Origin: an uncultured Spirochaetaceae bacterium
GTDB taxonomy: Bacteria > Spirochaetota > Spirochaetia > Treponematales > Treponemataceae
Length of the DNA: 64,000 nt
Assembly: GCA_902799665.1 (NCBI GenBank)
Contig: CADCBK010000003.1
Span: forward strand, 7,566-71,565
Direction of reading: 5' to 3'
Shown here: positions 39,754-50,389 of the stretch, one piece after another
How the letters are laid out: every line of letters starts with the position of its first letter
Position numbering within the stretch: position 1 is the stretch's first letter
The notes under the pieces: generated by a model
Told to the model about the DNA's origin: nothing
The model's database searches: none
Seen by the model: only the letters and a program-made list of their open reading frames with translations
Position numbers and translations under genes: made by a program

Positions 39754-40487
39754 CGCGGCTTGATCTTTTGCCAAACGGCTATAAAATTTTCCAAGACCCC
39801 GCCGCCTTTTGCTTTGGAGCGGACGCGCGGCTTTTATGCGCCTTTTCAAAAATAAAAAAAGGCCAAAGCGTCATCGACCTTGGAACAGGGAACGGAATCA
39901 TTCCGCTTTTGCTGCATAAAAAATCCTTGGCCCTGCGCTCAAGCCACGCCGCCGGCCCTTGCCGTTTTACCGGGCTTGAAATCCAAGAGGCCGCCGTCCG
40001 CCTTGCAAAAAAAAGCGTCGCGGCAAACGCCTTGGAAGGCGACATAGAAATCGTACATGGTGACATCAGGCATGTTGACGACCTCTTCCAGCCGCAATCA
40101 TTTGACGTTGTCGTTTGCAACCCGCCTTACATGAAAGTCCAAGGCTCCATCCAAAACGAGTCGGAAGCCAAGCGAATCGCGCGCCACGAAATTTTCTGCG
40201 GCCTAAAAGACATCGCGGCGGCGGCCTCCTATCTATTAAAGTCCAACGGAACTTTCTTTATGGTCCACAGGCCGCGCCGCTTGCAAGAAATTTTTGAGGC
40301 CTTTGCCACCTGCAAATTGACGGCTTGTCGCGCGCGGCTGGTCTATCCCGCCGCTGACAAAGCGCCCGAAATGATTTTGATAGAGGCGCGCAAAAATCGC
40401 GCCAAAGAATTGAAGTTTGAGCCGCCGTTAGTTATGTACGAAGGGCGCGACTACACAAAAGATTTTTTGGAATATGTTTCGGATTGA
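39750..40487 (+). CDS. tRNA1(Val) A37 N6-methyltransferase-like SAM methyltransferase
   Basis: DLGTGNG, CNPPY, IARHE. Confidence 0.85.
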   Translation: MTRLDLLPNGYKIFQDPAAFCFGADARLLCAFSKIKKGQSVIDLGTGNGIIPLLLHKKSLALRSSHAAGPCRFTGLEIQEAAVRLAKKSVAANALEGDIEIVHGDIRHVDDLFQPQSFDVVVCNPPYMKVQGSIQNESEAKRIARHEIFCGLKDIAAAASYLLKSNGTFFMVHRPRRLQEIFEAFATCKLTACRARLVYPAADKAPEMILIEARKNRAKELKFEPPLVMYEGRDYTKDFLEYVSD

Positions 40488-40566
40488 CGATGCGGCGGGG
40501 CGGCTTGACCGCGCTTTGGGGGGGCGTTCGCGCTGGCGTCCGCTTGCGCGGCCTTTGATTTTTGCG

Positions 40567-40968
40567 CTATGTCCGCTCGTTCTTTAGGCAAGAGGAACAG
40601 CCGACAATCATCACGTGTTTCTTTCCCTGCGCCTTGTTAAAGAGGCGGGCCACCAAGTGTCCGTCGGGCCCAACGGATTTTCCGCACACGGGGCAAAGGC
40701 GCTTGACTCCGATTTCGCAAACGGGATAGCAGTGCGGGCAGCCGGAAATCACGCAGCGCTGGTCGGGAACGTTCATCGGCCTAAAAACTTTGCTGTAGAT
40801 GTTTTGGCCTTTTTGCAAGCCTGAACCGCACATAGGGCAGTTGACCAGCGCCGGCTTTTGGTTTTGCGCCTCGCTTTTTTTTGCGACCTTGCTCCGCCTT
40901 GAAAAAGCGAAGTATGAAAGCGCCGCGATGAGAATCACGATTCCAACCAACAAAAGAATAAATTCCAT
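40567..40968 (-). CDS. Membrane-anchored Cys-rich (Zn-ribbon) hypothetical protein
   Basis: N-terminal TM helix; CPMC, CPHC, CPVC, CSSC. Confidence 0.7.
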   Translation of the reverse strand: MEFILLLVGIVILIAALSYFAFSRRSKVAKKSEAQNQKPALVNCPMCGSGLQKGQNIYSKVFRPMNVPDQRCVISGCPHCYPVCEIGVKRLCPVCGKSVGPDGHLVARLFNKAQGKKHVMIVGCSSCLKNERT

Positions 40969-41098
40969 TGAATTGATTTTAGCGCGCCGTTTTGCGCAAA
41001 GCAAGACTTGCCGCAAGGCTAAGCTTAAGGCCATGCGCAAGATCCAAAAGGGCGGCAGTTAGTGGACGCTAATCGTTTTTTGCGCTATATTTAAAAAT

Positions 41099-43648
41099 AT
41101 GGAACAGTATCGCGTTACAGGAATGTCTTGCGCCGCTTGCGCCGCGCGCGTGGAGAAGGCCGTTAAAAAAGTCGAGGGCGTCTCTTCGTGCGCCGTGAAC
41201 CTTTTGACAAATTCTCTTGGCGTAGAAGGAAGCGCTTCTCCGCAAAAAATCATCCAAGCCGTCGTTGACGCAGGCTACGGAGCGGAATTAAAAGGCGGAA
41301 CGGCTTCCTCCACGGGCGGCGCGGACAAGCAAAAATCGTTTGCAAGCCAAAGAAGCGGCGCGTCCGACGCGGACGACCTTGCCGACACGCAAAGCCCCGC
41401 GCTTTTAAGGCGCCTTTGTTTTTCGCTGGCCTTTTTGCTTCCGTTAATGTATCTTTCTATGGGCCGCGCGATGCTGGGCTTTCCGCTCCCAAAATTTTTG
41501 GAGCAAAATCCGCTTGCCGTCGGACTTGCGCAACTGCTTTTGTCCGCGGCCGTTCTTGTGATAAACCAAAAATTTTTTACCGGCGGAATCGGCTCGCTTT
41601 TGCGCGGCGGACCCAACATGGACAGCCTTGTGGCGCTTGGAAGCGGAGCCAGTTTTGTTTACAGCGCAGCGGTTTTGTTCAAGATGACCGCCGTGGCCGC
41701 GCCCCCACATTCGGCGCTTGGCGGACAAGCGGCCCATGAGCTTTTGCATGACCTTTACTTTGAAGGCGCCGCGATGATTCTTGCCTTGATAACGGTCGGA
41801 AAATTGCTTGAGGCGCGCTCAAAGGGAAAGACGACAAACGCGCTAAAGGCGTTGATGAAACTTTCGCCAAAGGTCGCCACGCTCGTTCGCGACGGAACGG
41901 AAGTCGCCGTTCCGATAGAAGAAGTAAAAGCCGGAGACGTTTTTGTCGTCCGCCCCGGGCAGAGCTTTCCAGTTGACGGAATCGTTTTGGAAGGAAGCGG
42001 AGCGGTTGACGAGTCGGCCTTGACCGGCGAAAGCCTTGCGGTTGACAAAAAGGCCGGCGACAAAGTCACTGGCGGAACGTTGAACCAAGCGGGCTTTTTA
42101 AAGTGCCGGGCCACTAGGGTAGGCCAAGACACAACGATAAGCCAAATAATAAAAATGGTCGAGGGCGCGGCGGCGACAAAAGCTCCGGCGCAAAAAATCG
42201 CCGACAAAGTTTCGGGCGTGTTTGTTCCTGCGGTAATCGCGATTGCGGCGGTGACCTTGGCGGCGTGGCTTTTTGCAGGAAAAGATTTTGGATTCGCGCT
42301 TGCGCGCGCGATTAGCGTTTTGGTAATCAGCTGTCCTTGCGCGCTAGGACTAGCCACGCCGGTCGCGATTATGGTTGCCAACGGAGTTGCGGCAAAAAAC
42401 GGAATCCTGTTCAAAACCGCCGCCGCTTTGGAGGAAGCCGGAAAGATTAAAGTCGCCGCTTTGGACAAAACCGGAACGATAACCCAAGGCCAGCCGCGCG
42501 TGACTGATATTTTTTGCGCCCAAGGCGTTGAGAAACAAGAATTGCTTGAGGCCGCGCTTGACGTTGAGCAAAACAGCGAGCATCCTCTTTCTAAGGCGAT
42601 TTTGTCTTGCGCAAAAGAATCGGGACTAGCCGCGCGGCCTGTCACAAACTTTACGGCGCTGGCCGGACACGGCGTCAAAGCCCTTGGATCGGACGGCCAA
42701 GAGTTGCTTGCCGGAAGCGTAGATTTTATTGCTGAACTTATGCAAGCCCAAAACATCGCCGCCGCCTTAGATGCCGCCCAAGAATTTTCGGCTCAAGGAA
42801 AAACGCCGCTTGCCTTTGCGCGCGGAAAAAAACTGCTTGGCGTAATCGCCGTTTCCGACACGATAAAAGAAGACTCAGCCGCCGCCGTCCGCGACTTGCG
42901 TTCGCTTGGAATAAAAACCGTCATGCTTACCGGCGACAACAAAAAGACCGCGTCCTTTATCGCAGGGCTTGCCGGCGTGGACCAAACGCTTGCCGGCTTG
43001 CTTCCCGACCAAAAGGCGGCGGCGATTGAAAGCCTTAAAAAAGAAGGCAAGGTCGCGATGGTTGGCGACGGCATAAACGACGCTGTCGCCCTTACCGCCG
43101 CCGACATCGGCGTTGCGATCGGCGCGGGCACGGACGTCGCCATCGACGCGGCGGACATCGTTCTTGCAAAAAATTCTTTAAGCGACGTGGCGACGGCAAT
43201 CCGCTTAAGCCGCGCCGCTCTTCGCAACATAAAGCAAAATTTGTTCTGGGCCTTTTTTTACAACGCGCTTGGAATCCCCTTGGCGGCCGGCGCCTGGATT
43301 TGGCTTTTGGGCTGGAAGATGAACGCGATGTTCGGCGCGGCGGCGATGAGCCTTTCAAGCTTTTGCGTGGTGACCAACGCGTTGCGTTTGAATTTCTTTA
43401 GAGCAAAAAAGAGCCGCGATGCCGGCAAGGAGAAAAATATGAAAAAGACAATCAAAATCGAAGGCTTGATGTGCGGCCATTGCGACGCCCGCGTCAAAAA
43501 GGCGCTTGAAGCCGTTCCCGGAGTAGCCTCGGCCAACGCCGACCACGAAAAAGGCCAAGCCGTAGTTGAGCTTTCCGCCGACGTGGCTGACGACGCGCTC
43601 AAAGCCGCCGTCGAAGCGCAAGACTACAAAGTTTTGGGAATCGACTAG
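41099..43648 (+). CDS. copA: Cu(I)-translocating P1B-type ATPase
   Basis: GMSCAAC, TGES, CPC, DKTGT, GDGIND, YN, MxxSS and a C-terminal HMA (MCGHC). Confidence 0.93.
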   Translation: MEQYRVTGMSCAACAARVEKAVKKVEGVSSCAVNLLTNSLGVEGSASPQKIIQAVVDAGYGAELKGGTASSTGGADKQKSFASQRSGASDADDLADTQSPALLRRLCFSLAFLLPLMYLSMGRAMLGFPLPKFLEQNPLAVGLAQLLLSAAVLVINQKFFTGGIGSLLRGGPNMDSLVALGSGASFVYSAAVLFKMTAVAAPPHSALGGQAAHELLHDLYFEGAAMILALITVGKLLEARSKGKTTNALKALMKLSPKVATLVRDGTEVAVPIEEVKAGDVFVVRPGQSFPVDGIVLEGSGAVDESALTGESLAVDKKAGDKVTGGTLNQAGFLKCRATRVGQDTTISQIIKMVEGAAATKAPAQKIADKVSGVFVPAVIAIAAVTLAAWLFAGKDFGFALARAISVLVISCPCALGLATPVAIMVANGVAAKNGILFKTAAALEEAGKIKVAALDKTGTITQGQPRVTDIFCAQGVEKQELLEAALDVEQNSEHPLSKAILSCAKESGLAARPVTNFTALAGHGVKALGSDGQELLAGSVDFIAELMQAQNIAAALDAAQEFSAQGKTPLAFARGKKLLGVIAVSDTIKEDSAAAVRDLRSLGIKTVMLTGDNKKTASFIAGLAGVDQTLAGLLPDQKAAAIESLKKEGKVAMVGDGINDAVALTAADIGVAIGAGTDVAIDAADIVLAKNSLSDVATAIRLSRAALRNIKQNLFWAFFYNALGIPLAAGAWIWLLGWKMNAMFGAAAMSLSSFCVVTNALRLNFFRAKKSRDAGKEKNMKKTIKIEGLMCGHCDARVKKALEAVPGVASANADHEKGQAVVELSADVADDALKAAVEAQDYKVLGID

Positions 43649-43662
43649 TTCCGCAAAATATT

Positions 43663-44166
43663 ATGAAAGTTGAACTCAAAAAAATCACGCAAGAAAACAA
43701 GGCGGACTTTGTCGCGCTTTGCAATTCCGTTGACAGAAAATATTTGTCCGACCGCCTTCCGCATCCCTACACTGAAAAAGACGCGGATTGGTGGATAGAC
43801 ATGCTTTCCAAGAACGACGGAAAAGAGGGCGTGTGGCGCGCGGTTTACGCCGACGGAAAATTAGTCGGCCAAGTTTCCGTAGAAAAAGACCAAAAGTATC
43901 GGGGCGACGCCGAGATCGGCTATTTTCTTGCGACTGATTTTTGGTCCAAGGGAATCATGACTCAAGCCGCCCGCCTTATTTGCGAGCTTGCCTTTGAACA
44001 GTTGGACATAATCCGAATCACAGGACTCTACTGCGAGCCAAACGCCGCCTCCGGACGCGTTATGGAAAAAATCGGCTTTAAGCGCGAAGGAAAAAAGTTG
44101 AACGGCTTTGTAAAGAACGGCAATGTTTACAACCTTTGCATTATGGGTTTGTTGAAGGGGGAGTAA
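43663..44166 (+). CDS. GNAT (RimJ/RimL-like) acetyltransferase
   Basis: EIGY, WSKGIMT, NAASGRVMEKIGF. Confidence 0.88.
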   Translation: MKVELKKITQENKADFVALCNSVDRKYLSDRLPHPYTEKDADWWIDMLSKNDGKEGVWRAVYADGKLVGQVSVEKDQKYRGDAEIGYFLATDFWSKGIMTQAARLICELAFEQLDIIRITGLYCEPNAASGRVMEKIGFKREGKKLNGFVKNGNVYNLCIMGLLKGE

Positions 44167-44233
44167 ATAAACGAGGCCGCCCTTGCGGGCAGCCCCTATG
44201 TAAACGAAGCCGGCTTTGCCAAGACGCTCCGAG

Positions 44234-44262
44234 AAAAAAAGGCTTGCCTTTCGGCAAGCCTT
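44234..44262 (-). terminator. Intrinsic terminator after tRNA-Cys
   Basis: AAGGCTTGCC stem followed by a T-tract on the minus strand. Confidence 0.8.
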
Positions 44263-44264
44263 AA

Positions 44265-44336
44265 AGGAGTCTAGCGGAATCGAACCGCTGCATAGAGGTT
44301 TTGCAGACCTGTCCCTTACCACTTGGGTAAGACTCC
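44265..44336 (-). tRNA. tRNA-Cys (GCA)
   Basis: GGAGTCTTACCCAAGTGGTAAGGGACAGGTCTGCAAAACCTCTATGCAGCGGTTCGATTCCGCTAGACTCCT; U discriminator. Confidence 0.93.
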
Positions 44337-44355
44337 ATAATGTTCTTGAACTATA

Positions 44356-44841
44356 TCAGTTTTGGCGCGCTTTGTCAAGGGCTTCCAATACTTGCTTGTT
44401 TTCTTCGGGGCTGGCGGTTTGGATTGTGATTTTCTTTCCGTCAACGAGGGCGATTTCCAAATACTGGCCTTCTTTGACTTCCTTGATTTTGCTCCACTCG
44501 ATGTAGGAACCGCCGGCGATAAGCGCGTTTTTGTAAATACCGGTGTTGACGGCACAAGCGTCTTCCTTGCAAACGATAAAAACGGCCAAGGCGCAAATCG
44601 CGCAAACCAAAATAAAAAAGTAGGCGCCGTAGTCGACCAAAAAGGCAAAGGCCAACACGCAAGGGATTGCAAAAAGCGTCATCATCGCCTTGGACTTGGC
44701 GGGCTTTGTAAGTTCGTAAAGAAGGTCGCCGGCCTTTTGCAAAACCTTCGCGCGGCGCGCTTTTTGTGTAAAGAGCATGATTGAATAAAAGGCTGTCGTC
44801 GCCGCGAGGCAGGCCAATTGAACGATTGTTTTTGTTTCCAT
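44356..44841 (-). CDS. Hypothetical membrane protein (3 TM helices plus PH-like tail)
   Basis: GGAG RBS, hydrophobic helices, IEWSKI motif. Confidence 0.7.
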   Translation of the reverse strand: METKTIVQLACLAATTAFYSIMLFTQKARRAKVLQKAGDLLYELTKPAKSKAMMTLFAIPCVLAFAFLVDYGAYFFILVCAICALAVFIVCKEDACAVNTGIYKNALIAGGSYIEWSKIKEVKEGQYLEIALVDGKKITIQTASPEENKQVLEALDKARQN

Positions 44842-44904
44842 TTTAGTTCTCCTTATGATATAGCGGTCCGCCCGCAGTTTTGGTCTTTCAACCGATTTTT
44901 GCCG

Positions 44905-45459
44905 CTAGTTCTCCTTTTGCGCCAGCCACGCGGCCAGCGCTTTTTTTGCCGAGTCAAAGGCCAGCGGCAAACTGTCGATGTCCGCTTGGCTCGCGACTTT
45001 TTTTAGGCAAACGCCGCTCACTTCCTTTGCGTCGGCGGCCAAGCTTTGAAGAAGGCCGTTCGCTTCTTCTTGCGAAAGGCGCGCCTCAAAGAACAAGTCG
45101 CAAGTTTTGTAAACAAAGTTTTTGTAAGGATAAGTGTTGGGAAAGCTTGCAACGTATTTTATCCGCGCGCCGTCGACATTGAAGCCGATTTCCTCAAAAC
45201 ATTCGCGCTTGGCCGCCGATTCCGCCGATTCGTCGGGGTTGCAAAAGCCGCCGGGCAGGGCCAAAAATCCTTTGCGCGGTTCCTTTGCGCGCGTCTCAAA
45301 CAAAACTTTATTGTCAGGCGAGCAAATTATAAGGCCGACGGCCGCGGCGACGTTGCAGTAAAGGTCAAAGCCGCAGTCAGGGCAAGTCCATTTTTTATTT
45401 TGAACGAACTGGATTTTTTTTGAGCCGCATTCCGGGCAAAGCGCAAAGTCGTTAGTCAT
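44905..45459 (-). CDS. NUDIX hydrolase with N-terminal Zn ribbon
   Basis: CPECG...CPDCG and LPGGF...ESAESAAKRECFEEIG. Confidence 0.9.
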   Translation of the reverse strand: MTNDFALCPECGSKKIQFVQNKKWTCPDCGFDLYCNVAAAVGLIICSPDNKVLFETRAKEPRKGFLALPGGFCNPDESAESAAKRECFEEIGFNVDGARIKYVASFPNTYPYKNFVYKTCDLFFEARLSQEEANGLLQSLAADAKEVSGVCLKKVASQADIDSLPLAFDSAKKALAAWLAQKEN

Positions 45460-45847
45460 CGCCTTCTTCCGAATCGGCGTTTGTCCTGACGCGAACGTAA
45501 CGGGCAAGCAGCTTTAGCTCTTCGTCCAATTTGCGCGCGTCGCCGTCCACCAAAATTTTGTCGATGCAAGAGCTGACTTTTGTAATTTGCTGCTGCAAGG
45601 CTTGTTCGAATTTTCCGGCGCGGACGGAGACGCTTGGCTCGATTTCTTTTGCGTCGGAAAAATATTGGCGAATCAACTTTTCCTGCTCTGGAAATTTTTC
45701 TTCCAAGTTCTTTGCTTTTTGGTCAAGCGCTCCAAAGGCGTTGATGATGTTCAACATAGACTCTTGGGCGGCCTTTAGGCTTTCGGGGGAAGATCTTTTT
45801 GAGGACTTGAACTTGTTCAGAAAAAGTTTAAAAACAGATTCGGCCAT
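45452..45847 (-). CDS. Hypothetical helical protein
   Basis: Operonic ORF between ychF and the NUDIX gene. Confidence 0.7.
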   Translation of the reverse strand: MAESVFKLFLNKFKSSKRSSPESLKAAQESMLNIINAFGALDQKAKNLEEKFPEQEKLIRQYFSDAKEIEPSVSVRAGKFEQALQQQITKVSSCIDKILVDGDARKLDEELKLLARYVRVRTNADSEEGDD

Positions 45848-45877
45848 AAAAATCCCGGCGCTTTTCAACTGTTCAAC

Positions 45878-47008
45878 TTAAACGTTGAACTTAAAGAACA
45901 AAACGTCTCCGTCTTTTACGATGTAGTCTTTTCCTTCTTGGCGGTACTTTCCGGCTTCCTTGATTTTAGCTTCCGTTCCGTATTGGCGCAAGTCGTCAAT
46001 CGTGTAGGCCTCGGCTTTGATAAAGCCTTTTTCAAAGTCGGTGTGGATTACGCCGGCCGCCTTGGGAGCGGTGTCGCCCGCGTGAATTGTCCAAGCGCGG
46101 CACTCGTCGGGTCCGCCGGTAAAGAAGGTGGCCAAGCCCATAAGCTTGTAGGTCTGGCGCGCCAAAACGTTGAGTCCAGATTCCTTCAATCCAACCGCGT
46201 CCATAAATTCCTTGCGGTCGGCTTCTTCCTTAATGTCGCTAAGTTCCGCCTCAAACTTTCCGCAGATGACGACAACTTGGCTTCCTTCGTCGGCCGCGAT
46301 TTTTTTCACGACTTCGACGTACTTGTTTGTTCCTTCGGCGATTGAGTCTTCGTCAACGTTGCAAACGTAGAGCGTGGGCTTTAGCGTCAAAAGGTGCATG
46401 TCGTAAAGGGCCAGCTTTTCGTCGTCGGTAAGGTCTGCGACGCGGGCCGGAGTTCCGTTCTGCAAGAGGGGCTTGATTTTTGCCACGCCGCTAGTCCAGG
46501 GCGCGAGCTTTTTTTCTTCCTCTTTTCCGAGAGCGCGGATGGACTTGGTGACTTTTTCTTGGCGCTTGGCGATTGTGTCCAAGTCGGCCAAGGCGAGTTC
46601 CATGTTGATTGTAAGGATGTCGCTTTCGGGATCGACGGCCGCTTCAACCTTGGCGTCGTCTCGGACGTGCATGATGTCGGGGTCGTCAAAGCAGCGGACT
46701 ACGTGCGCGATTACGCTTGTCTCGCGGATGTTGGCCAGGAACTGGTTTCCAAGGCCTTCGCCCTGCGACGCTCCCTTAATGAGACCGGCGATGTCAACGA
46801 ATTTTACGGTGGCCGGAGTTTTCTTTTTGGGCTGGAAAACGCTCGCGATAAAGTCCAAGCGCTCGTCGGGCAAGTCTACGATTCCGATATTGGGGTCGAT
46901 TGTGCAAAAGGGAAAGTTTTCCGCCGCGGCGGGAGCGGCAGTCAGCGCCGAAAAAATAGTGGACTTTCCAACATTCGGAAGTCCAACGATACCACATTCC
47001 AAAGACAT
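45878..47008 (-). CDS. ychF: Redox-regulated ATPase YchF
   Basis: GIVGLPNVGKST, FPFCTIDPN, DIAGL, GEGLGNQFL, IHTDFEKGFI. Confidence 0.97.
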   Translation of the reverse strand: MSLECGIVGLPNVGKSTIFSALTAAPAAAENFPFCTIDPNIGIVDLPDERLDFIASVFQPKKKTPATVKFVDIAGLIKGASQGEGLGNQFLANIRETSVIAHVVRCFDDPDIMHVRDDAKVEAAVDPESDILTINMELALADLDTIAKRQEKVTKSIRALGKEEEKKLAPWTSGVAKIKPLLQNGTPARVADLTDDEKLALYDMHLLTLKPTLYVCNVDEDSIAEGTNKYVEVVKKIAADEGSQVVVICGKFEAELSDIKEEADRKEFMDAVGLKESGLNVLARQTYKLMGLATFFTGGPDECRAWTIHAGDTAPKAAGVIHTDFEKGFIKAEAYTIDDLRQYGTEAKIKEAGKYRQEGKDYIVKDGDVLFFKFNV

Positions 47009-47109
47009 AGCAGTTCCTTATAAAAAAATGATGAATTATTATAGATGAAAAGTGGGGTTTGCGCAAGGGAGCCCGCGAGAATGGAGCAAGGACGCTGCAG
47101 GCGGCGGGG

Positions 47110-47769
47110 TTACAACACCCGCTCCAGCGGCTTTCCGACTAGGGAAATGGCAGGGCCGAGCAAAAAGGACATGGCGATTGAGCCGACGATGGAGCCGCGG
47201 ATTCCGCCGCAAAGGGTTCCCGCGATGACGCCGGCCAGAACCGCTGACAAGTCAAAAATTATTCTTATGACAAAAAACGGAACTTTTGGAATCCAGCCGC
47301 TTATGATTGCCGGCGTCGCGTCGTAGGGAGCAACGCCCATGCGCGCGTTCATGTAAATCGCGGCTACGGCAACAAAGAGCAAAAGGCAGACGGAAAAAAT
47401 CGCAAGGCGCGTCGCGAACGTTCCCTCTTGAATGAATTGCGCGAAGCCGACGTTCCGCCAAAGCCAGCGGCAAAAATCGACGACGTAGCCAATCAAAAAC
47501 ATGTTGGCCAATGTGCCAAAGCCTATCATTTGCGCTCCGAATGCGAACGTGAAAACGAGCATGATTCCGTAGACAAGGACCTGCGTGTTTCCCAAGCCCC
47601 AGCCCAGAGCGGCGGCGATGTTCAAATTCATAAAACTTGCCGGGTCGGTGCCCCAGCCGATTTCAACCAGAACAGAAACAAAGACGCCCATCAAAATCAC
47701 GGCGGGCAGCATGAAGGCCAGCCGCTTTGCGAAGTTTGGAACGATGAATTGATTGAAGGAAAATTTCAT
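47110..47769 (-). CDS. YczE/YitT-like membrane protein
   Basis: GTDP, IGFGT and GVAPYD motifs. Confidence 0.75.
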   Translation of the reverse strand: MKFSFNQFIVPNFAKRLAFMLPAVILMGVFVSVLVEIGWGTDPASFMNLNIAAALGWGLGNTQVLVYGIMLVFTFAFGAQMIGFGTLANMFLIGYVVDFCRWLWRNVGFAQFIQEGTFATRLAIFSVCLLLFVAVAAIYMNARMGVAPYDATPAIISGWIPKVPFFVIRIIFDLSAVLAGVIAGTLCGGIRGSIVGSIAMSFLLGPAISLVGKPLERVL

Positions 47770-47896
47770 GCTTTAATTTTAATGGGCTTGCGTCGCTTTT
47801 TCAATAGCGGTCGTATGCTGACAAAAACTAAAATCTTTTGTATAATTTTTGGAAAAGACGCGAGGCCCTAAGGCAGGCCGCAACAAGGAGCAAAAA

Positions 47897-50302
47897 GTGA
47901 AATACGGTTATTTTGACGATGAAAAACGAGAGTATGTGATTACAAATCCCGCGACTCCTCGACCTTGGGTAAACTATTTGGGCTCGCCGCTTTACGGCGC
48001 GCTTATTTCAAACAACGCGGGCGGCTACAGCTTTGCCAAGTCCGGCGCCAACGGAAGAATCTTGCGCTATGTGTTCAATAATTTTGACCAGCCCGGAAGG
48101 TACATTTACATCAGGGACAACGATTCAAAAGATTATTGGTCTGCGTCATGGCAGCCTGTCGGAAAAGACCTCAAGGATTACAAGAGCGAATGCCGCCACG
48201 GAACGGCCTACACAAAAATGCTGGCGGATTATTCTGGAATCCATTCGGAGGCGCTTTACTACGTTCCGCTTGAATGTGAGCACGAAGTTTGGAATTTAAA
48301 GCTTTCTAACAATTCAGGAAAAAAGAGAAGCCTCACTGTGACAGGCTTTGCCGAATTCACCAACAACAGCAATTACGAAATGGACCAAGTGAACTTGCAG
48401 TACTCGCTTTTCATCGGCCGCACAAAATTTGTTGACAACAGAATCGTTCACACCGTTCACGGAAACCTTGAAGGCCTTCCAGAAGAGGTTGACCACAAGA
48501 CCGCGACCGAAAGAGCCTTCGCGCTTGTCGGCTCAAAAGTCTCTTCTTGGTGCGGAGACAAGGAGGAATTCCTTGGCCTTTACCACAGCTACAAGGATCC
48601 GGTCGGCGTTTTGTCGGGCGACCTTGGAAACATCGCAAGCTACAACGAAAACTCTTGCGGCGCCTTGTCCACTGTGATCGAGCTTGAAGCCGGCGAGACA
48701 AAAGAAATCGCCTTTATCCTTACAATGCAGCAGAACGCCGCCGTTGAAAAAATTCTTTCGTGTTACGCTGACGTGTCCAAAACTTGCGCAAAGGAATACG
48801 AAGCTCTTGTAAAGCAATGGCACGGCCGCTTTGAGCATTTCCAAGTCAAGACTCCCAACGAGCACTTTAACACGATGATAAACACATGGAACGCCTACAA
48901 CTGTTTTATGACTTTCACTTGGTCGCGCGCGGCCTCATACATTTACTGCGGACTAAGGAACGGATACGGCTACCGCGACACAGTTCAGGACATTCAAGGC
49001 GTAATCCATCTTGAGCCTGAGATGGCCGCGGAAAAAATTCGCTTTATGCTTTCGGCGCAGGTTGACAACGGCGGCGGACTTCCGCTCGTAAAGTTCACGC
49101 ACAACGCTGGCCACGAGGACACGCCCGACGACGAGTCTTACGTTCGCGAGACGGGACACCCCGCCTACAGGGCAGACGACGCGCTCTGGCTTTTCCCGAC
49201 TGTCTACAAGTACATCGCGGAATCCGGGAACGCCGCCTTCCTTGACGAAGTGATTCCCTTTGCCAACAAGGACGAAGGAACGGTTTACGAGCACTTGAAG
49301 AGGGCCGTCGATTTTTCCATGAAGCATCTTGGACCGCACGGAATTCCCGCCGGCCTCTACGCCGACTGGAACGACTGCCTGCGCCTTGGCGCCAACGGCG
49401 AGTCTTCTTTTGTCGCGCTCCAGTATTACTACGCGATGACGATTTTGCGCGAGTTTGCCCAAAACAAAAAGGACGCGGAGTATGTCGCCTTCCTTGACAA
49501 GGCTCAAAAGGAGCTTGGCGAAAAAATTCAAAAGCTTTGCTGGAACGAGGACCGCTTTATCCGCGGCTTTACCGAGCGCGGAGAAGTCATCGGAAGCCGT
49601 GGCGATCCTGAAGCGAACATGTGGCTTAACCCTCAGAGTTGGGCCGTTATTTCCGGGCTTGCTTCCAACGAACAGGCTGACGCGGCGCTTGAAAATGTGA
49701 ACAAAAAATTGAACACGGACTTTGGCCTTGTGCTTATGGATCCTCCGTATCAAAAGCATGCCTTTGAAGGAGCGCTCGCCGTAATCTACAACCAAGGCGC
49801 CAAGGAAAACGCCGGAATCTTCTCACAGTCACAGGGATGGATTATTCTTGCCGAAGCGCTTCGCGGACACGGAGACAGGGCTTTCCAATATTTTATGGAG
49901 AACGCTCCGTCCGCCCAAAACGACAAGGCGGAAATCAGAAAGCTTGAGCCGTATTGCTACGGCCAGTTTACCGAAGGAAAGGCAAGCCCCCATTTTGGAC
50001 GCTCGCACGTTCACTGGCTTACAGGAACCGCGTCAACCGTTATGGTCGGCTGCGTTGAAGGAATCCTTGGCATGAGGCCGAATCTTGACGGCCTTAAGCT
50101 TTCTCCTTCTATTCCGTCTTCATGGGACGGCTTTACCGCGCAAAAAGATTTTAGGGGCCGCAAGCTTAACATTACGGTCAAGAATCCTGACCACGTTCAG
50201 TCCGGCTGCAAGGAACTTACTGTGAACGGCAAGAAGATGGAAGGAAACTTTATTCCTGAGTCTGAACTTACCGCGAACACAGAAATCGTTCTTGTGATGT
50301 AA
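47897..50302 (+). CDS. GH94 glycoside phosphorylase (cellodextrin/chitobiose phosphorylase-like)
   Basis: AAGGAG RBS plus GTG; GYFDD..EYVIT, GYGYRDTVQD, ADWNDCL, KENAGIF, WLTGTA. Confidence 0.92.
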   Translation: MKYGYFDDEKREYVITNPATPRPWVNYLGSPLYGALISNNAGGYSFAKSGANGRILRYVFNNFDQPGRYIYIRDNDSKDYWSASWQPVGKDLKDYKSECRHGTAYTKMLADYSGIHSEALYYVPLECEHEVWNLKLSNNSGKKRSLTVTGFAEFTNNSNYEMDQVNLQYSLFIGRTKFVDNRIVHTVHGNLEGLPEEVDHKTATERAFALVGSKVSSWCGDKEEFLGLYHSYKDPVGVLSGDLGNIASYNENSCGALSTVIELEAGETKEIAFILTMQQNAAVEKILSCYADVSKTCAKEYEALVKQWHGRFEHFQVKTPNEHFNTMINTWNAYNCFMTFTWSRAASYIYCGLRNGYGYRDTVQDIQGVIHLEPEMAAEKIRFMLSAQVDNGGGLPLVKFTHNAGHEDTPDDESYVRETGHPAYRADDALWLFPTVYKYIAESGNAAFLDEVIPFANKDEGTVYEHLKRAVDFSMKHLGPHGIPAGLYADWNDCLRLGANGESSFVALQYYYAMTILREFAQNKKDAEYVAFLDKAQKELGEKIQKLCWNEDRFIRGFTERGEVIGSRGDPEANMWLNPQSWAVISGLASNEQADAALENVNKKLNTDFGLVLMDPPYQKHAFEGALAVIYNQGAKENAGIFSQSQGWIILAEALRGHGDRAFQYFMENAPSAQNDKAEIRKLEPYCYGQFTEGKASPHFGRSHVHWLTGTASTVMVGCVEGILGMRPNLDGLKLSPSIPSSWDGFTAQKDFRGRKLNITVKNPDHVQSGCKELTVNGKKMEGNFIPESELTANTEIVLVM

Positions 50303-50389
50303 AATTGCCTGGCGGGGGCTTTGGCCCCCGTGCTGGGCTCCGTTCCCACCGCTTGAATTGCGCGGCAAAATTCGCTAAAATGTTCTTCT